Below, one piece after another: positions 50,425-63,180 of a stretch of 64,000 nt of DNA; position 1 is the first letter of the stretch; the number at the start of each line of letters is the position of its first letter. The position numbers and the translations under genes were made by a program. The notes beneath the pieces were generated by a model that did no database searches, had not been told where the DNA came from, and saw only the letters and a program-made list of their open reading frames with translations. The stretch spans positions 45,570,001 through 45,634,000 of the forward strand of contig CM059438.1 in NCBI GenBank assembly GCA_030390025.1, written 5' to 3'. The stretch comes from Squalus acanthias. Lineage: Eukaryota.

Positions 50425-50813
50425 AACTGATAGCCAAGTTCCGCACGCATGAGGATGGCCTCAATCGCGATATCGGGTTCATGTCACGATACAGAACGTG
50501 ACTTGACATCATGGCCGGTCTTTCCAGGTTTTTAAAAAAAAAACTAACACAAGAACCAACACAAATGGAGAGGATATGCAGCCAGCAGGTGTTTTGACAC
50601 GTTGGACCCCCTGGGACACATCTCATTGTCTTGGCTGTGCTCTTAGTGTGTCTTTGATGTAGGGAAAGATTTGAATACATTTTTTCTGTGTTTATATTGT
50701 GAATTCTGGGAGATTCTCTCACAGCTACCCTACCTGAGGAAGGAGCGACAGCTCCGAAAGCTTGTAAAATTAAATAAATCTGTTGGACTATAACCTGGTG
50801 TTGTGCGACTTCT
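50425..50813 (+). mobile_element. Penelope family A 3' fragment inserted in a SINE tail
   Basis: Reverse complement of 18844-19243 (LIAKFRTHEDGLNRDIGFMSRYRT* plus terminal repeat). Confidence 0.9.
50731..50766 (+). ncRNA. Minimal type I hammerhead ribozyme
   Basis: UAC-CUGAGGA-A-GGAGC gaca GCUCC-GAAA-GC-UU/GUA; perfect helix II and palindromic AAGCUU. Confidence 0.8.
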
Positions 50814-50819
50814 CATTTT

Positions 50820-51241
50820 TGTATTTATACAGCATCTTTCATGACCTCAGGACGTCCCAAAGCGCTTTACAGCCATTGAAGTACTTTTGAAGTGGAGTCA
50901 CTGTTGTAATGTAGGAAACGCGGCAGCCAATTTGCGCACAGCAAGGTCCCACAAACAGCAATGAGATAATGACCAGATGGTGATGTTGGTTGAAGGATAA
51001 ATATTGTCCAGAACACCGGGGAGAACTCCCCTGCTCTTCTTCAAAATACTGCCTTGGGATCTTTGACGTTCACCTGAGAAGCCAAACTTGGTTTAACGTC
51101 TCATCTGAAAAACAGCCCCTCTGACAGTGCAGCACTCCTTCAGTACTGCACTGAAGCGACAGTCTGGATTTTGTGCTTAAGTCTCTGGAGTGTGGCTTGA
51201 ACCCACAACCTTCTGCCTTAGAGGTGAGAGTGCTGCCAACT
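50820..51241 (-). mobile_element. DeuSINE
   Basis: Near full length on the minus strand. Confidence 0.82.
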
Positions 51242-51679
51242 GTGACAAATCTACATCCCGCTTTCAGTACGGGGAAAAGAAATCTATCTCTTTCTACCCA
51301 GTGAGACCCATCACTTTACATCAGCTCTGAACGCCTACAAGACCTGAATTACTCAGGGCTTCCCACAGTACTGTGGTGTGCCTACCACACAGCTCCACGG
51401 TGCTTTACATGCAAAACACAATTTCACCGATCACTAGCTTTGCCTCAGTGTGACACTCAAAGATTCAATAATTAAATTCCTGGGTGTGAAGGAGCTGCTC
51501 TGATAGTTTCTAACAAAAATGGGAACAAATGAAAATGTCGCAATGTTTATTGATTGTTTGTTTGCATGCCACCTTAAACATTAAATCGTTGTGAATTGAG
51601 GTGGAAAATGGGCATCGTGCTTTGTGAGCAAAGGTGTCAATACCTGTAACTATATCGTTATTCCAGAAAAACAGTTAAT

Positions 51680-52379
51680 GGGCCAGAATTTGCTGTCGAA
51701 ATAACGGTGAGGTTAACGGTGCTCGCCGTTATTTATGCGTAAATGGTACAGCAGCTTCAGGTGAGGGGCAGATGAGTGATTAAATGCCAACATCCAGAAG
51801 TTGCTGTCCCAGTTGCACTGCTCCGCTGTTAGCTTCTCAAAAATGGCATCTCGCTGTCTGCCTCATCATTGAACTGTTTTGAATGCCATGAAGTTGCTAT
51901 ATTTGCACGGTAGATATGAACTAAACCCGCCATAGATATTTAGGGCTAGTAATTACAAGCATAAGTACACGTTTAACGACATGATAAGTGTTAATGACTG
52001 CCAATCAACCTCTCATTCCTTCAGGTTGTGAAGTGTTTTCGGAGGTTTTCAAAATGTTTTTTCTTACTTTTCCTTTCTGTCTCTTTTTTCTTTCCCTCTT
52101 AATTCAATCTCCCTTTCCCTCTCTTTATTTCTCTTTCTGTACCAGATTTAACATTGAATTCACCCGCTCAAATTCCCCCTCCTTCTCAGTCCTTCCTGTG
52201 TTTATTTCCCAATCCTTAAATCTGATTGGTTAAGGAGCTGTCCTGTTGGTTGCCCTGTTCACTCAGGTCCCAGACACCCTGTTTCCCTTGTTGCACTTTC
52301 AGCAACTTAGTGGGCCAAGAAAGATTTGAGCTGCAGGGGCAGACACTGTTAGATGCCCTGCTGCAGCAAAATCTGGCCC
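51680..52379. mobile_element. Harbinger-type MITE, 16-bp TIR
   Basis: GGGCCAGAATTTGCTG / CAGCAAAATCTGGCCC (15/16 match); AAT/ATT flanks. Confidence 0.75.
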
Positions 52380-53588
52380 ATTGTGTTTTGCATCTGATTT
52401 ATCAATAAATGTGTTGAACCAGGTTATTTCTGTTTTGACACTGAATATAAGTCATGATCATGACGTAGACTGGGGCAAATCAGCATCAGGTTTAAATAGA
52501 ACACTAACTATTATTGCAAACAAATCATCTTTCTGTCACTATGTGTATTTAATCTACTACTGAAATCGTCGAATGGGATATTAATTGCAAAACTTTTAAT
52601 TATGAATTGACTTAAGTATTGAAAAAAAATATTTTAAGTACCGGTGACATTCTTCAAGTAGATACAATAGGACTGTCAATTATTGTGGTTATGCGATTTC
52701 ATTATAAAATTACCACTGCTAAGAATCATTAAACACCAGGACGCTTGCAATGATTATTTTGTGGTTTCACAGTGGATCCTTAAGTCAGACAATTGGGTGG
52801 AATCAGGAAATGAGTGCAATCAGGTAAATGCTGCTCTCTAAGACTGGCATGATTCGAATCATAGAATCATAGAATGGTTACAGCACGGAAGAAGGCCATT
52901 CGGCCCATTGAGCCCGTGCCGATTACTAAGTAATCATGGATAGCATTGCAAGAGAGCATCTTTTTATTAAATGCTTCTAGTTTAATTTGTGGTTGTATTG
53001 ACATGATATAGCTACCCACTAATATTTTCAAAATATATCATTTAATTCAGATAAAAATCAGAAAGACCTAGTAAAGCATTCAATGTCTGCATCCTTTATT
53101 AATGAGTCATTACTTCAGGATTTCAGTAGGCAAGTTATTGGGCATAATTTGTACATCTGAAGTGAATAGAAAAAAAGTCCTCTTGAATATTAAGAGCTCT
53201 CTAACCTACATAGACTACAGGATCAGCAAACATGACTATACCACTCACGTTGATTCTTCTCTGTTACACTTGCGCTGCCTCAGTCTACTTCCCAGACATC
53301 TGATGAAAGAGATAAAGGAAAGCATCACTGACCATCTGAACGACAAGCCTTCAAACAGCACACATTTAATCAGGACACGAAAAGAGAGGCTGTGTTTGCT
53401 GAAAATCCTTTGCGTCGCTCTGGAATACTAAATCCATGTGATTCCCAGGGTAACATTTCCTGGAGAAGTTGTGCCCCCTTGTGAATAGAACTCACCACTG
53501 TCGAGTCTGTCGACCAACCTTCATTGCACTGCTTCCTCTTCACTTTCTTCACTTCGTTCTTAAAGGACCTGCAGGTGTCCCGCCAGAT

Positions 53589-55520
53589 GGGTAGACCCAT
53601 CGTTTCAGCCTGTTCTTGCCCCCACGGAACTGATCTCTTCCTATCTCATCTCTATTTTTTCTCCCCTTGTCCAGTCTCTTCCCACCTACATCCGCGACTC
53701 TGCCAATGCCCTCTGAAACTTTAACAGTTTCCAGTTTCCTGACCCCAACCATCTCCTTTTCACTATGGATGTCCAATCCCTCTACACCTCCATCCCTCAC
53801 CAGGACGGCCTGAGGGCGCTCCGCTTCTTCCTTGAACAAAGGCCCAACCAGTCCCCATCCACCACCATCCTCCTCCGCCTGGCTGAACTTGTTCTCACAT
53901 TGAACAACTTCTCCTTTGACTCCACTCACTTCCACCAAATTAAAGGTGTTGCTATGGGAACCCGCATGGGTCCTAGCTATGCCTGCCTTTTCGTGGGATC
54001 TGTGGAGCATTCTTTGTTCCAGTCCTACTCAGATATTCTCCCTCACTTCTTTATCCGGTATATTGATGACTGTATCGGTGTTTCCTGCTCTTGCCCTGAA
54101 CTAGAAAATTTAATTCACTTTGCTTCCGATTTCCACCCTTCCCTCACCTTCACATGGTCCATCTCCAACTCTTCCCTTCCCTTCCTCGACTTCTCTGTCT
54201 CCATTTCTGGGGATAGGTTATTGACAAACATTCACTACAAGCCCACTGACTCCCACAGCTACCTGGACTACACTTCCTCCCACCCCGCTTCCTATAAGGA
54301 CTCTATTCCATTCTCCCAGTTTCTCCAACTTCGTCGCATCTGCTCTGATGATGCCAACTTCCATACTAGTGCTTCAGATATGTCTTCCTTTTTCCTCAAC
54401 TGAGGATTCCCCTCTGCCATGGTTGACATGGCCCTCGACCGAGTCCATTCTATTTCCCGCACTTCTGCTCTCACCCCTTTCCCTCCCTCCCAGAACCACG
54501 ATAGGGTTCCCCTTGTTCTCACCTTTCATCCCACCAGCCTCCACATTCAACGGATCATCCTCCTCCATTTCCGTCACCTCCAGCGTGATCCCACCAGCAA
54601 ACACATCTTCCCCTCACCTCCCCTTTCAGCATTCCGCAGGGACCACTCCCTCCACGACACCCTGGTCCACTCCTCTATCACCCCCAACAGCCCCTCCCCT
54701 CCCCACAGCACCTTTCTGTGTAAACGCTGGAGATGCAACACATGCCCCTTTACCTCCTCCCTTACCAATATCCAGGGCCCCAAACGCTCCTTCCAGGTGA
54801 AACAGCGATTTACTTGTACTTATTGAAATTTAGTATACGGTATTCGCTGCTCACGATGCGGTCTCCTCTACATTGGGGAGACCAAACGTAGATTGGGTGA
54901 CTGCTTTGCGGAACACCTCCGCTCAGTCCGTAAGGGTGACCCCGAGCTTCCGGTCGCCTGTCACTTTAATTCTCCGCTCCACTCCCACTCTGACCTCTCT
55001 GTCCTCGGCCTCTTACACTGGTCCAACGAAGCTCAACGTAAGCTCGAGGAACAGCACCTCATCTTTCGATTAGGCACTTTACAGCCTTCTGGACTCAACA
55101 TCGAGTTCAACATTTTCAGACCATAACCTCTGCCCCTATTTTTTTTTCTTCACATGGCAGCTGATGATGATTCTGCTATTCCCATTTACACTTCATCTAG
55201 ACTCATCCTTTGTTTCTTAACTTGTCCCATTACCATCTCCTTTTGCCTTGCACCATCATCCCTTTTGTCTTTTAATCTCTCCTGCCCTCCACCCTATCAC
55301 AGACCTTCCCTTTTGCTCTTTCCTCCCCTCCCCCCTTTCCCTGCCCCTGCACTTGCTTAAAAATCTGTTACATCTCTAACTTTTTCCAGTTCTGGCGACA
55401 GGTCACAGGCCTGAACCGTTAACTCCGCTTCTCTCTCCACAGATGCTGCCTGACCTGCTGAGTATTTCCAGCATTTTCTGTTTTTATTTCAGATTTCCAG
55501 CATCAGCAGTATTTTGCTTT
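53589..55520 (+). mobile_element. Penelope-like element (family B): RT, GIY-YIG and terminal repeat, decayed
   Basis: GRPIVS, MDVQSLYTSIPH, GVAMGTRMGPSYA, RYIDD, VYGIRC...YIGETK; mutated hammerhead at 55388-55424. Confidence 0.92.
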
Positions 55521-55821
55521 TGAAATAAAGTTACTGGTGATTTTTAGTGGACAACAATGGATATTTATAAAATTATAATTACTAATGAGTTCTTGACACA
55601 AAGGTCTTTAGGAAAACTTATTTTAGCATCACTAAGTTATTTGCACAGAATGGAGCAAAATGCTGATTCACCATATTGGTTGAAACAAAAATGGAAAGCA
55701 TGAAAATGATGTGAATACTGAAGCAACAGTCCAATCATTATTTTTGCATTTCAATGTGTCCGTGCATACTGCTATTATACCATGTCACTGGGTCAGTAGC
55801 ACATTGCAATTCTCCTCAGTG

Positions 55822-56410
55822 TCAGTCTTGGCTCAGTTGGTAGCACGTGAGCACTCTCATCTCTCAGTCAGAAGGCCAGTGGGTTCAAGTCCCACTCCAG
55901 AGATTTAAGCCCATAATCTAGGCTGCCACTCCAGTGCAGAACTAAATGAGTGCTACACTGTTGGAGGTGCCGTCTTTCGGATGAGATGTTAAACTGAGGC
56001 CCTGTCTGCCCTCTCAGGAGGACATAAAAGATCCCATGGCACTCTTTCAAAGAAGAGATGGGGAGTTCTCCTCGTGTCCCGGCCAAAGTTTTCCTTAAGC
56101 TGCACGGCCGTGCAGCTCTCTGGACCTCCCGCTCGCCAGCTTTGCAATGGGGGAAACCGCGCCTGCGCAGTATTTTGATTGGGCCGCGCTGCCCCTTAAA
56201 GGGGCCGCGCACCCAAAGAAAATTAACGGGTACATTGGTCCTGACCAATATTTATCCCTCAACCAACTTCATTAAAACAGATTATCTGGTCATTATCATA
56301 TTGCTGTTTGTGGGACCGTGCTGTGTGTAAATTGGCTGCTGTGTTTCCCTACATTACAACTCTTCAAAAGTACTTCAGTAAAGCGCTTAGGGTCATCCTG
56401 AGGTCATGAA
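55822..56410 (+). mobile_element. DeuSINE interrupted by a hAT-type MITE
   Basis: A and B boxes, Deu domain and tail. Confidence 0.82.
56084..56237. mobile_element. 154-bp hAT-type MITE
   Basis: CAAAG...CATTG termini; 8-bp TSD copies GTCCCGGC and GTCCTGAC each differ by one base from the SINE site GTCCTGGC. Confidence 0.75.
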
Positions 56411-58346
56411 ATTTCTTTTTTTTTCATACCAGCACAGATGTGGACACGATCTCTTGCACAATGACCTAACTGGCAACGTACCCAACAGATGGTCGCTCAC
56501 TGATCATTGCAGCTGTATGTTACACGCACTTAAATTATCGCCTAAAGTCTGCTTATGTCATTCAACTTCCTTTGATTGCAAGGGGCTGACTCTGCAATCG
56601 ACTACTTTTCATTAGAAGGAAACGGAGTGGCAACCATCCATTAGTGAAAAATGCAGTGTGTACGACACACGGCACCATGCAGGCACAAATACTGCCTTAC
56701 CCAGCTGCAAGTGCTGCTGTGAGTACCCGTTATTACTGAACTTGACATCTAAAAAGCACTCGACAAATGAAAAGCTCAGAGCAGTGGAGATTTAAGGTAA
56801 AACTTGGGAATGGATAAGAAACTGGCTGAGAGGTGGGAAGCAGTGGGTCACAGTAGAGTTTGGGTAAGTGGTGAGTGGGTGCCCCTGGGATCAGTGTTGG
56901 GACTCCCACTGGACCTGAATTTACTTGGCAGTTGTGGCAGACTCCTGCTGTAACTCTGGTAGGGGTCTGGTAGAACAGCCAGAAACTCCAGCAGGTCCCA
57001 GCCGCACACAGCAATTTCTAGGGCTTTGTTTTGGGGCAGAGACTCCGTCCATCCCAAACAAGGCCATTGACGGAGAGGGGGCAGGGCCTAGGGCGCACAC
57101 TCCCTACACTGGCAGTTCTCACTCCCTTGGCTTTAACGGAACCCATTGTACGCTTGGAGGCCACTCCACCAAGTGAGATAAGGCACAGTGGCCTCCTGAA
57201 GGGCTCCAGTGGACCCCATCAGGGGAGAGGGTGGGTGTGGGGGTTCAAACTGTGTCTGGGGTCAGGGCTCCCAAAGATCAGGGTGGATTTTTTTTTTATA
57301 ACGAAGTGTCCACTAGGGGCACCAACTACTGGGGGAGATCTGGCAGCCTTCAGTCCCACTTGTGCGCAGTTTAACAGTGGGAGAAAATAATAGACTGATT
57401 GCTTCTAAAAGCCTTCAGTCCCACCATCCAACCAATTTGATCAGTTGATGAGAACGAGCTCTAATCCTAGCGAAAAAAGGAGATTTGTTTTTCTTCTCTA
57501 AAATGCTGACAAGCTGAGACACAGGTTAAAACATTGTGGTTAAAAAGCTGACGATTGGAATGTGTGCTTACTGCTCATGATGCGAGCACTGATGCTCCAT
57601 ATTGGTGCATCGTTGGGCTGCTTCATCCTCTTGTGTTGGGTCATTGAGTTATGGGGCCAGCCTTTATATCTAGCTGTTCCAGTGGCTCACTGTTGCTTAG
57701 TACCATTCAATAATAAGATGTGGTTAAGGTGAAATTTGAAGGGCTTCTGATTTGAGAGATTAAGGGATCAAAGGATAACAGTGGGTGGGAACTGCCCAAA
57801 GAGCCAGATAGAAACAAGTTTATGAGAAAATGGGCTTTTCTCATTCCAAAGGCTCCTGTTCTAAGAAAAATCTTAAATTACATCACTGTCGAATCAATAA
57901 CTACCCTACAACTGGTTTCCACAACATTGTACAACCCCTCAAACACTCACTCGGAAAATTGATTTTGGACTTTCAATGATGTCTGTAGTGTAGTTCCCTG
58001 TGAAGGTGCTGCCCACTGCTGATGTCACTGGATGTCATTCGATATTTAAACTGTGTTGGAAAACTATTGCGCTCAGCAGTTGAGTGCTCAGACAGTCATT
58101 CCTTTCAGAATTTCATTTTATTTTTACCTTTGGGTCAAGTGAACAGGGGTTGTCGGATTTAATCCAATAATGAACTCGTGTCAAACTATACCATATCGCT
58201 GCTCCTTTGACGTCTAATTTTTTAAATTGAGATCATTTCTTGATATTCACAGGAGCTGGCGGATTATTTTCTTCTTTATGGTGCCACAACATTTTTTATT
58301 CAGCCAACAGAGTTAGTGCAGCTCCAGCGGACAGATATGATATGAT

Positions 58347-58576
58347 AAGATCCCATGACACTATTTCGAGGAAGAGCAGGGGGAGTTCTCCCTGGTGTCC
58401 TGGCCAATATTTATCCCTCAACCAACATCACTAAAAACAGATTATCTGGTCATCATCACATTGCTGTTTGTGGGACCTTGCTGTGCGCAAATTGGCTGCC
58501 GTGTTTCCTCCATTACAACAGCGACTACACTTCATTGGCTGTAAAGCGCTTTGGGCCAGGCGCTATATAAATGCAA
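58347..58576 (+). mobile_element. DeuSINE 3' part
   Basis: Matches the 29608 copy. Confidence 0.8.
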
Positions 58577-60644
58577 GGGGGAAAAGCAAGTGGTGCAGTT
58601 GCCATATAAGATGATGGGTGTAGCATTGAAGAATGAACCAATTGATCGATCAGTAAACCTGTAGCGTGAATCAGCTGAAGGCTTTGAGCATATAAGACAC
58701 CAGAGGCACGACAAAGAGATATGTGTGTAACGGTGTGCCTGAAGTCTCGTTAGATGGGAGCATGGGTCACAGGTAGGTCAATAACATCCAAGGGCTGATT
58801 CTGCAACCCACACTCCCAACTAGGGGAGCTGCATGCCGGGATCGAAGTCTCACTAAATTAACCCTTAGATATACACAGCCTTCAGAAGCATGAACACCCC
58901 TCTCCTTGACATCAAAGGTATTGGTATTATTGCAGCTACATGGCAGCACATATGACAGAGTTTATTTTTGCCCCGTGCTCTCTCAACAGTTGCAGGCAGT
59001 GCTCCAGTGCCTCGGGAGGCCATGGTGAAGAGGAGCACTTAAACAGACACCCCTACTGTTTCTTTCACAGAGCACTTACCATAGCTCGAGGAGCACGAGG
59101 ACCCCATTATCTCAGCAAGTGCGCAATTTACTCAGTGATGGTAGCACAGCTCTCTAGGGTCGATCCTGCAACCCAATCTCCTGCCCAGGGGTGAAGCCTC
59201 ACCAGATCACCCTTTGGTCTACTTGACCTCTATGAAAGAGACAGTAGATGCTGATTGGGTAACTATGACCACCTCTTCACTCCCAGCCTCCTGTGATATC
59301 AGAGCATTTCCTTCACCTGCAAGTGAGGCAGTGCATCCAGGACAGTCTACAGAGAGGGCTGCAGGCTCTTTGAGAAGATTCACATCATCTGTCGGCAACT
59401 TCTGTGTTTTCTACGAATGGAGACTCTTGTGCAGATCCCTCAGAACAGCAAATGCTGGAGCATGCTGTGGATATGGAAAGGTCACTCAGTTCCTCGGAGC
59501 ACAGTTTGAATGCGTGGCTAAGTGCGCTGCAGAACTGCATGACCCAACTGTGAACCAATACAGGCCAACTGGCTAGAAGCATGGAGCAGAGCTTCTGCCA
59601 GATGCATACTACACATTATATCCCTAATTGCTGAGAACACAGCGCCTTTGCAAGCTTAATGCCTGCACGCATAGGTGCTCCGGATGTGTTGGGTGTTGGA
59701 GTGCAAGAAGGTCACCTTTGACTCTTTGGGGAAAAGCATAGGAAGCTTCAGAGAGCGAATGCAGGAGGAGGTGTAGCCACAAGGATTTCCACTGTAGAAG
59801 CCGCAAGTACCGTCCAAACCCTTGTCCTTTTGTTTTCAGAACAGTGCCCGTGCACAAGATGTCACTCCAGATAACGAGACTTCTGTATCGCCACAGAGTT
59901 CTGAGCATCTGACTGGCTTGCACAGCTCCAACTCCTTGCAAGAAGGTGCAAGAGCATCCACAACCAGTCCTGGGAGGGGTGCAGGGCTTTCTGGGTTGTG
60001 TGCGCACACTCTAAATTCTAAAATGTTGGTTATTGAGTACCCATGTCAAGGATGACAAAGTTAAGTATAGGTATGGAAGGCCATTTAGCATTGGCCTCAC
60101 TGCAATGCTCCCAGCCCTCCTCAGTCCTAGTGACTGGTGCCATCTACAAAGATCAAAGAGGACAGCAGGAGTCCCCCAGAAACCATCTATCCAGTTTGCC
60201 ATCTCTGTGGAATAGATCCTGAATTTTAGAATGTCGCAGGGTACGAGCCATGGAAGCTCCCAGATGACCTAGCATTAATATGGCAAATACTCACATTGAC
60301 ATCACACATTGACTGGGTAACATGCTTTTAGACTTTTGTAGGGAATGACTTGGTTTAATGGAGCCTGATCAGACATGTGTATACAATCAACAATGCCCTG
60401 TGCCCTTGAGAAACAGTTAAAAACAAAGGAAGCCTATTCACCTAGACATGTGCAGCAGCTTGGTGCCAAGTCCTATTTTCATTAGAGAAGGACTTGATTA
60501 GAAGGATATGATTGAGTTTTTGAAAATGATCAGATCAGATTCAGTCCAGTTGAATAGGTTATCTGAGATGGTTAACAATGGGAGAACTAGGGGACACGGG
60601 TATAAAATCCTGAGGCAGATTTATGTTAGACACTTTAATAGTTT

Positions 60645-61905
60645 GTTCTTGAGTTGTGGGCTTTGCTGGCAAGCCCCTGACAAGGTGGTGGGGGGCCTTC
60701 TCCTTGAACTGCTGCCATCCTTATAGTGATGGTGCTCCCACAATGGTGGTAAGTAGGGAATTCCAGGATTCAGACTCAGCAATAATGACGGAATGGCGAT
60801 ATATGTCCAGGTCAGGATTGCGTGTGGCTTGGAAGGCGAACTTGCTGCTCTTGTCCTAGGCGGCAAAGGTCGCAGGGGAAGGAGGTGCTGTCAAAGTAAC
60901 CTTGGCAAGTTGCTGCACTGCATCCTGCAGATGGTACACACTGCAGCCACAGTGTGCTAATGGTGGAGGGAGTGGATATTGAGCTCAGTGGCAAGGGTAC
61001 CCATCAAGTGAACTGCTCTGGGCTGGATAGTGTCAAGTTTTGTGACTATTATTGCGGCTGCACCCATCCAGACAAGTGGTGAGCATTCCATCGCACTCCT
61101 GACTTAAGCCTTGTAGGTGATGGAGAGGCTTTGAAGGGTCAGAAGGTGAGTCACTTGTTAGCGGATTTCCCATGGTTACGGGCGCAACAAAGGGTTGTTA
61201 GTCCTGCAACAATAACTTCTGTGTGATTCAGGCCCGAGTGATTTTAAACAACAAGCTTTAATATATATTGACTAATAACAGTATTGTTCTTATACAACTA
61301 TCTGCAGTATTGCATTAACTGACAAGCAATTAATACAACCTGTTTTCTGTGTGAAGTTCAAGATGATCAGACGTGACCTTTGTGGGCTCCTTTTAGGCAT
61401 GTGGACTTCTGACTGTCCTGAGAGCTCTAACAACCACTGATCACTCGCTCTATAATTATACCGAATAAGCCAGGGTCTAACTATACACATACTGGCCTTG
61501 TCCCTGGCCGTATCTTGTTATTAACCATCTGTTGTCTGTAAGTTAATGGTTCTTTGCAGCTTGTTCCTAAACAAAACCTGTTATCTGTAAGCTCAGCTCG
61601 TATGTCGCAAGGACATTTTAACTTGATGTACCCAGGCAGGGTCTGATGGGAAGGTTGTCAAATAATAATAGTCAATATTCTAGCACCACTCATCGCAGAG
61701 TACCCAGATTCTGCCCTGCTCTTGTGGCCATTCTGTTGATATGGCTGGTGCAGTTCAGCATCAGGTCAGTGGTGATCCCCAAGATCTTGATGGTGGGGGG
61801 AATCTGCGATGGTGGTACCATTGGAAGTCAGGTGCAGGCGGGTGGTCTTTCTCTTGTTCAAGATGGTCATTACCTGGCACTTATGTACTGCAACTGTCAT
61901 CCCCA
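60645..61905 (-). mobile_element. Old CR1-like LINE 3' fragment (31320 family) split by a solo LTR
   Basis: Diverged match to 31330-32100. Confidence 0.75.
61156..61685. mobile_element. Solo LTR (530 bp)
   Basis: TGTTAG...CTAGCA termini, TCACT/CCACT flanks, clean interruption of the LINE. Confidence 0.72.
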
Positions 61906-62959
61906 GCCTGGATGTTCTGCAGGTCGTACTGGCTAGCGGGCGTGGGTTGCTTCCAGGAGCAGTCAGAATTCGATGCATGTGGCACATCCTCTGTTTTTTG
62001 CTCACCCTGTCAGCTCTGCGGCATTTGTTGTACTCTCATTATTGAACAGATTTTAGCTCCACTTGAGAGCCGATAGAGAAATCCAACTACTGTTGGAACA
62101 GAAGTTACCACTAATGCCTCAGTGTCTGCTGATCTCTGCCATTTTTAGCACATATTATAATGGGCATAAAGCCAAAAAGCCTGTGTAATGGAAACACCAC
62201 ATCACTTGACCAATGCCTTATATAGCAATATGGCTTCTTTTGACCTACATTCTATCCTTCTGTTGATTCAACCCCGTATTTTATTTGCCTCTTTTGCTGC
62301 AGCCAAGCACTGTGTTGCCGGTTTTATAGGTCCATCCATAGAGCCATAGAAGGTCACAGCAACAGAAGAAGGCCATTCAGCCCAGGGCTCCTGTGCCAGC
62401 TAATATTTTCTTTCTGACATATTTATCCACTTCCCTTTTAAAAACTATGATGGATTCTCCTTCCAACGTTATTTCTGGTAGGGTATTACATGTCCCAGTG
62501 CTCAAAAAAAAATCCTAGCCTTTCCCTTCATTTTTTTAAAGTAAAAATCTTAAATGTATTCTCTTGGTTTCCCTTATTACTTTGCATCTGTTTTTGTTGT
62601 TTTTTATAATTTACTTGTAATTTTCATTTCCAAGCAGTGAACTACCACCTACTTATTACAATATCTGTTTTCATGCAGTGTTACAAGGTACGATAATTCC
62701 AGGCTCATTGTTCTGTGGCAAAGGATTTCTGAATATAAACCAGACTACTAGCGAGTGTAGTTATTGTACTTGGAAGCACAAAATTATCAAATTGTGGCTC
62801 CAATAAACTCACCTTCTTGAAAGGAAACAGTAGCATTTTCATTGACAATGCCAGAGTGTTTTTTTCTCTAAGGACTTTTCAAAGCAATACAATGGAAACA
62901 GGCTGCCAGGATTCTTCATCACTGGCCATTCCTCTCTGATGGAGATTGGGTCTTAACTT

Positions 62960-63180
62960 AAAAAGAAAAGAAAGATGTCACAAAGCGCTGTGCAGCCAAT
63001 GAAGTACTTTTGAAGTGTAGTCACTGTTGTAATGTGGGAAACGCGACAGCCAATTTGTGCACAGTAAGCTCCCACAAACAGCAACGTGATAATGACCAGA
63101 TCATCTGTTTTAGCAATGTTGGTTGAGGGATAAATATTGGCCAGGACAAACTGCCCTGCTCTTACTTCAAATAGTGCCAT
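62960..63180 (-). mobile_element. DeuSINE 3' part
   Basis: Reverse complement of the SINE tail. Confidence 0.8.
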
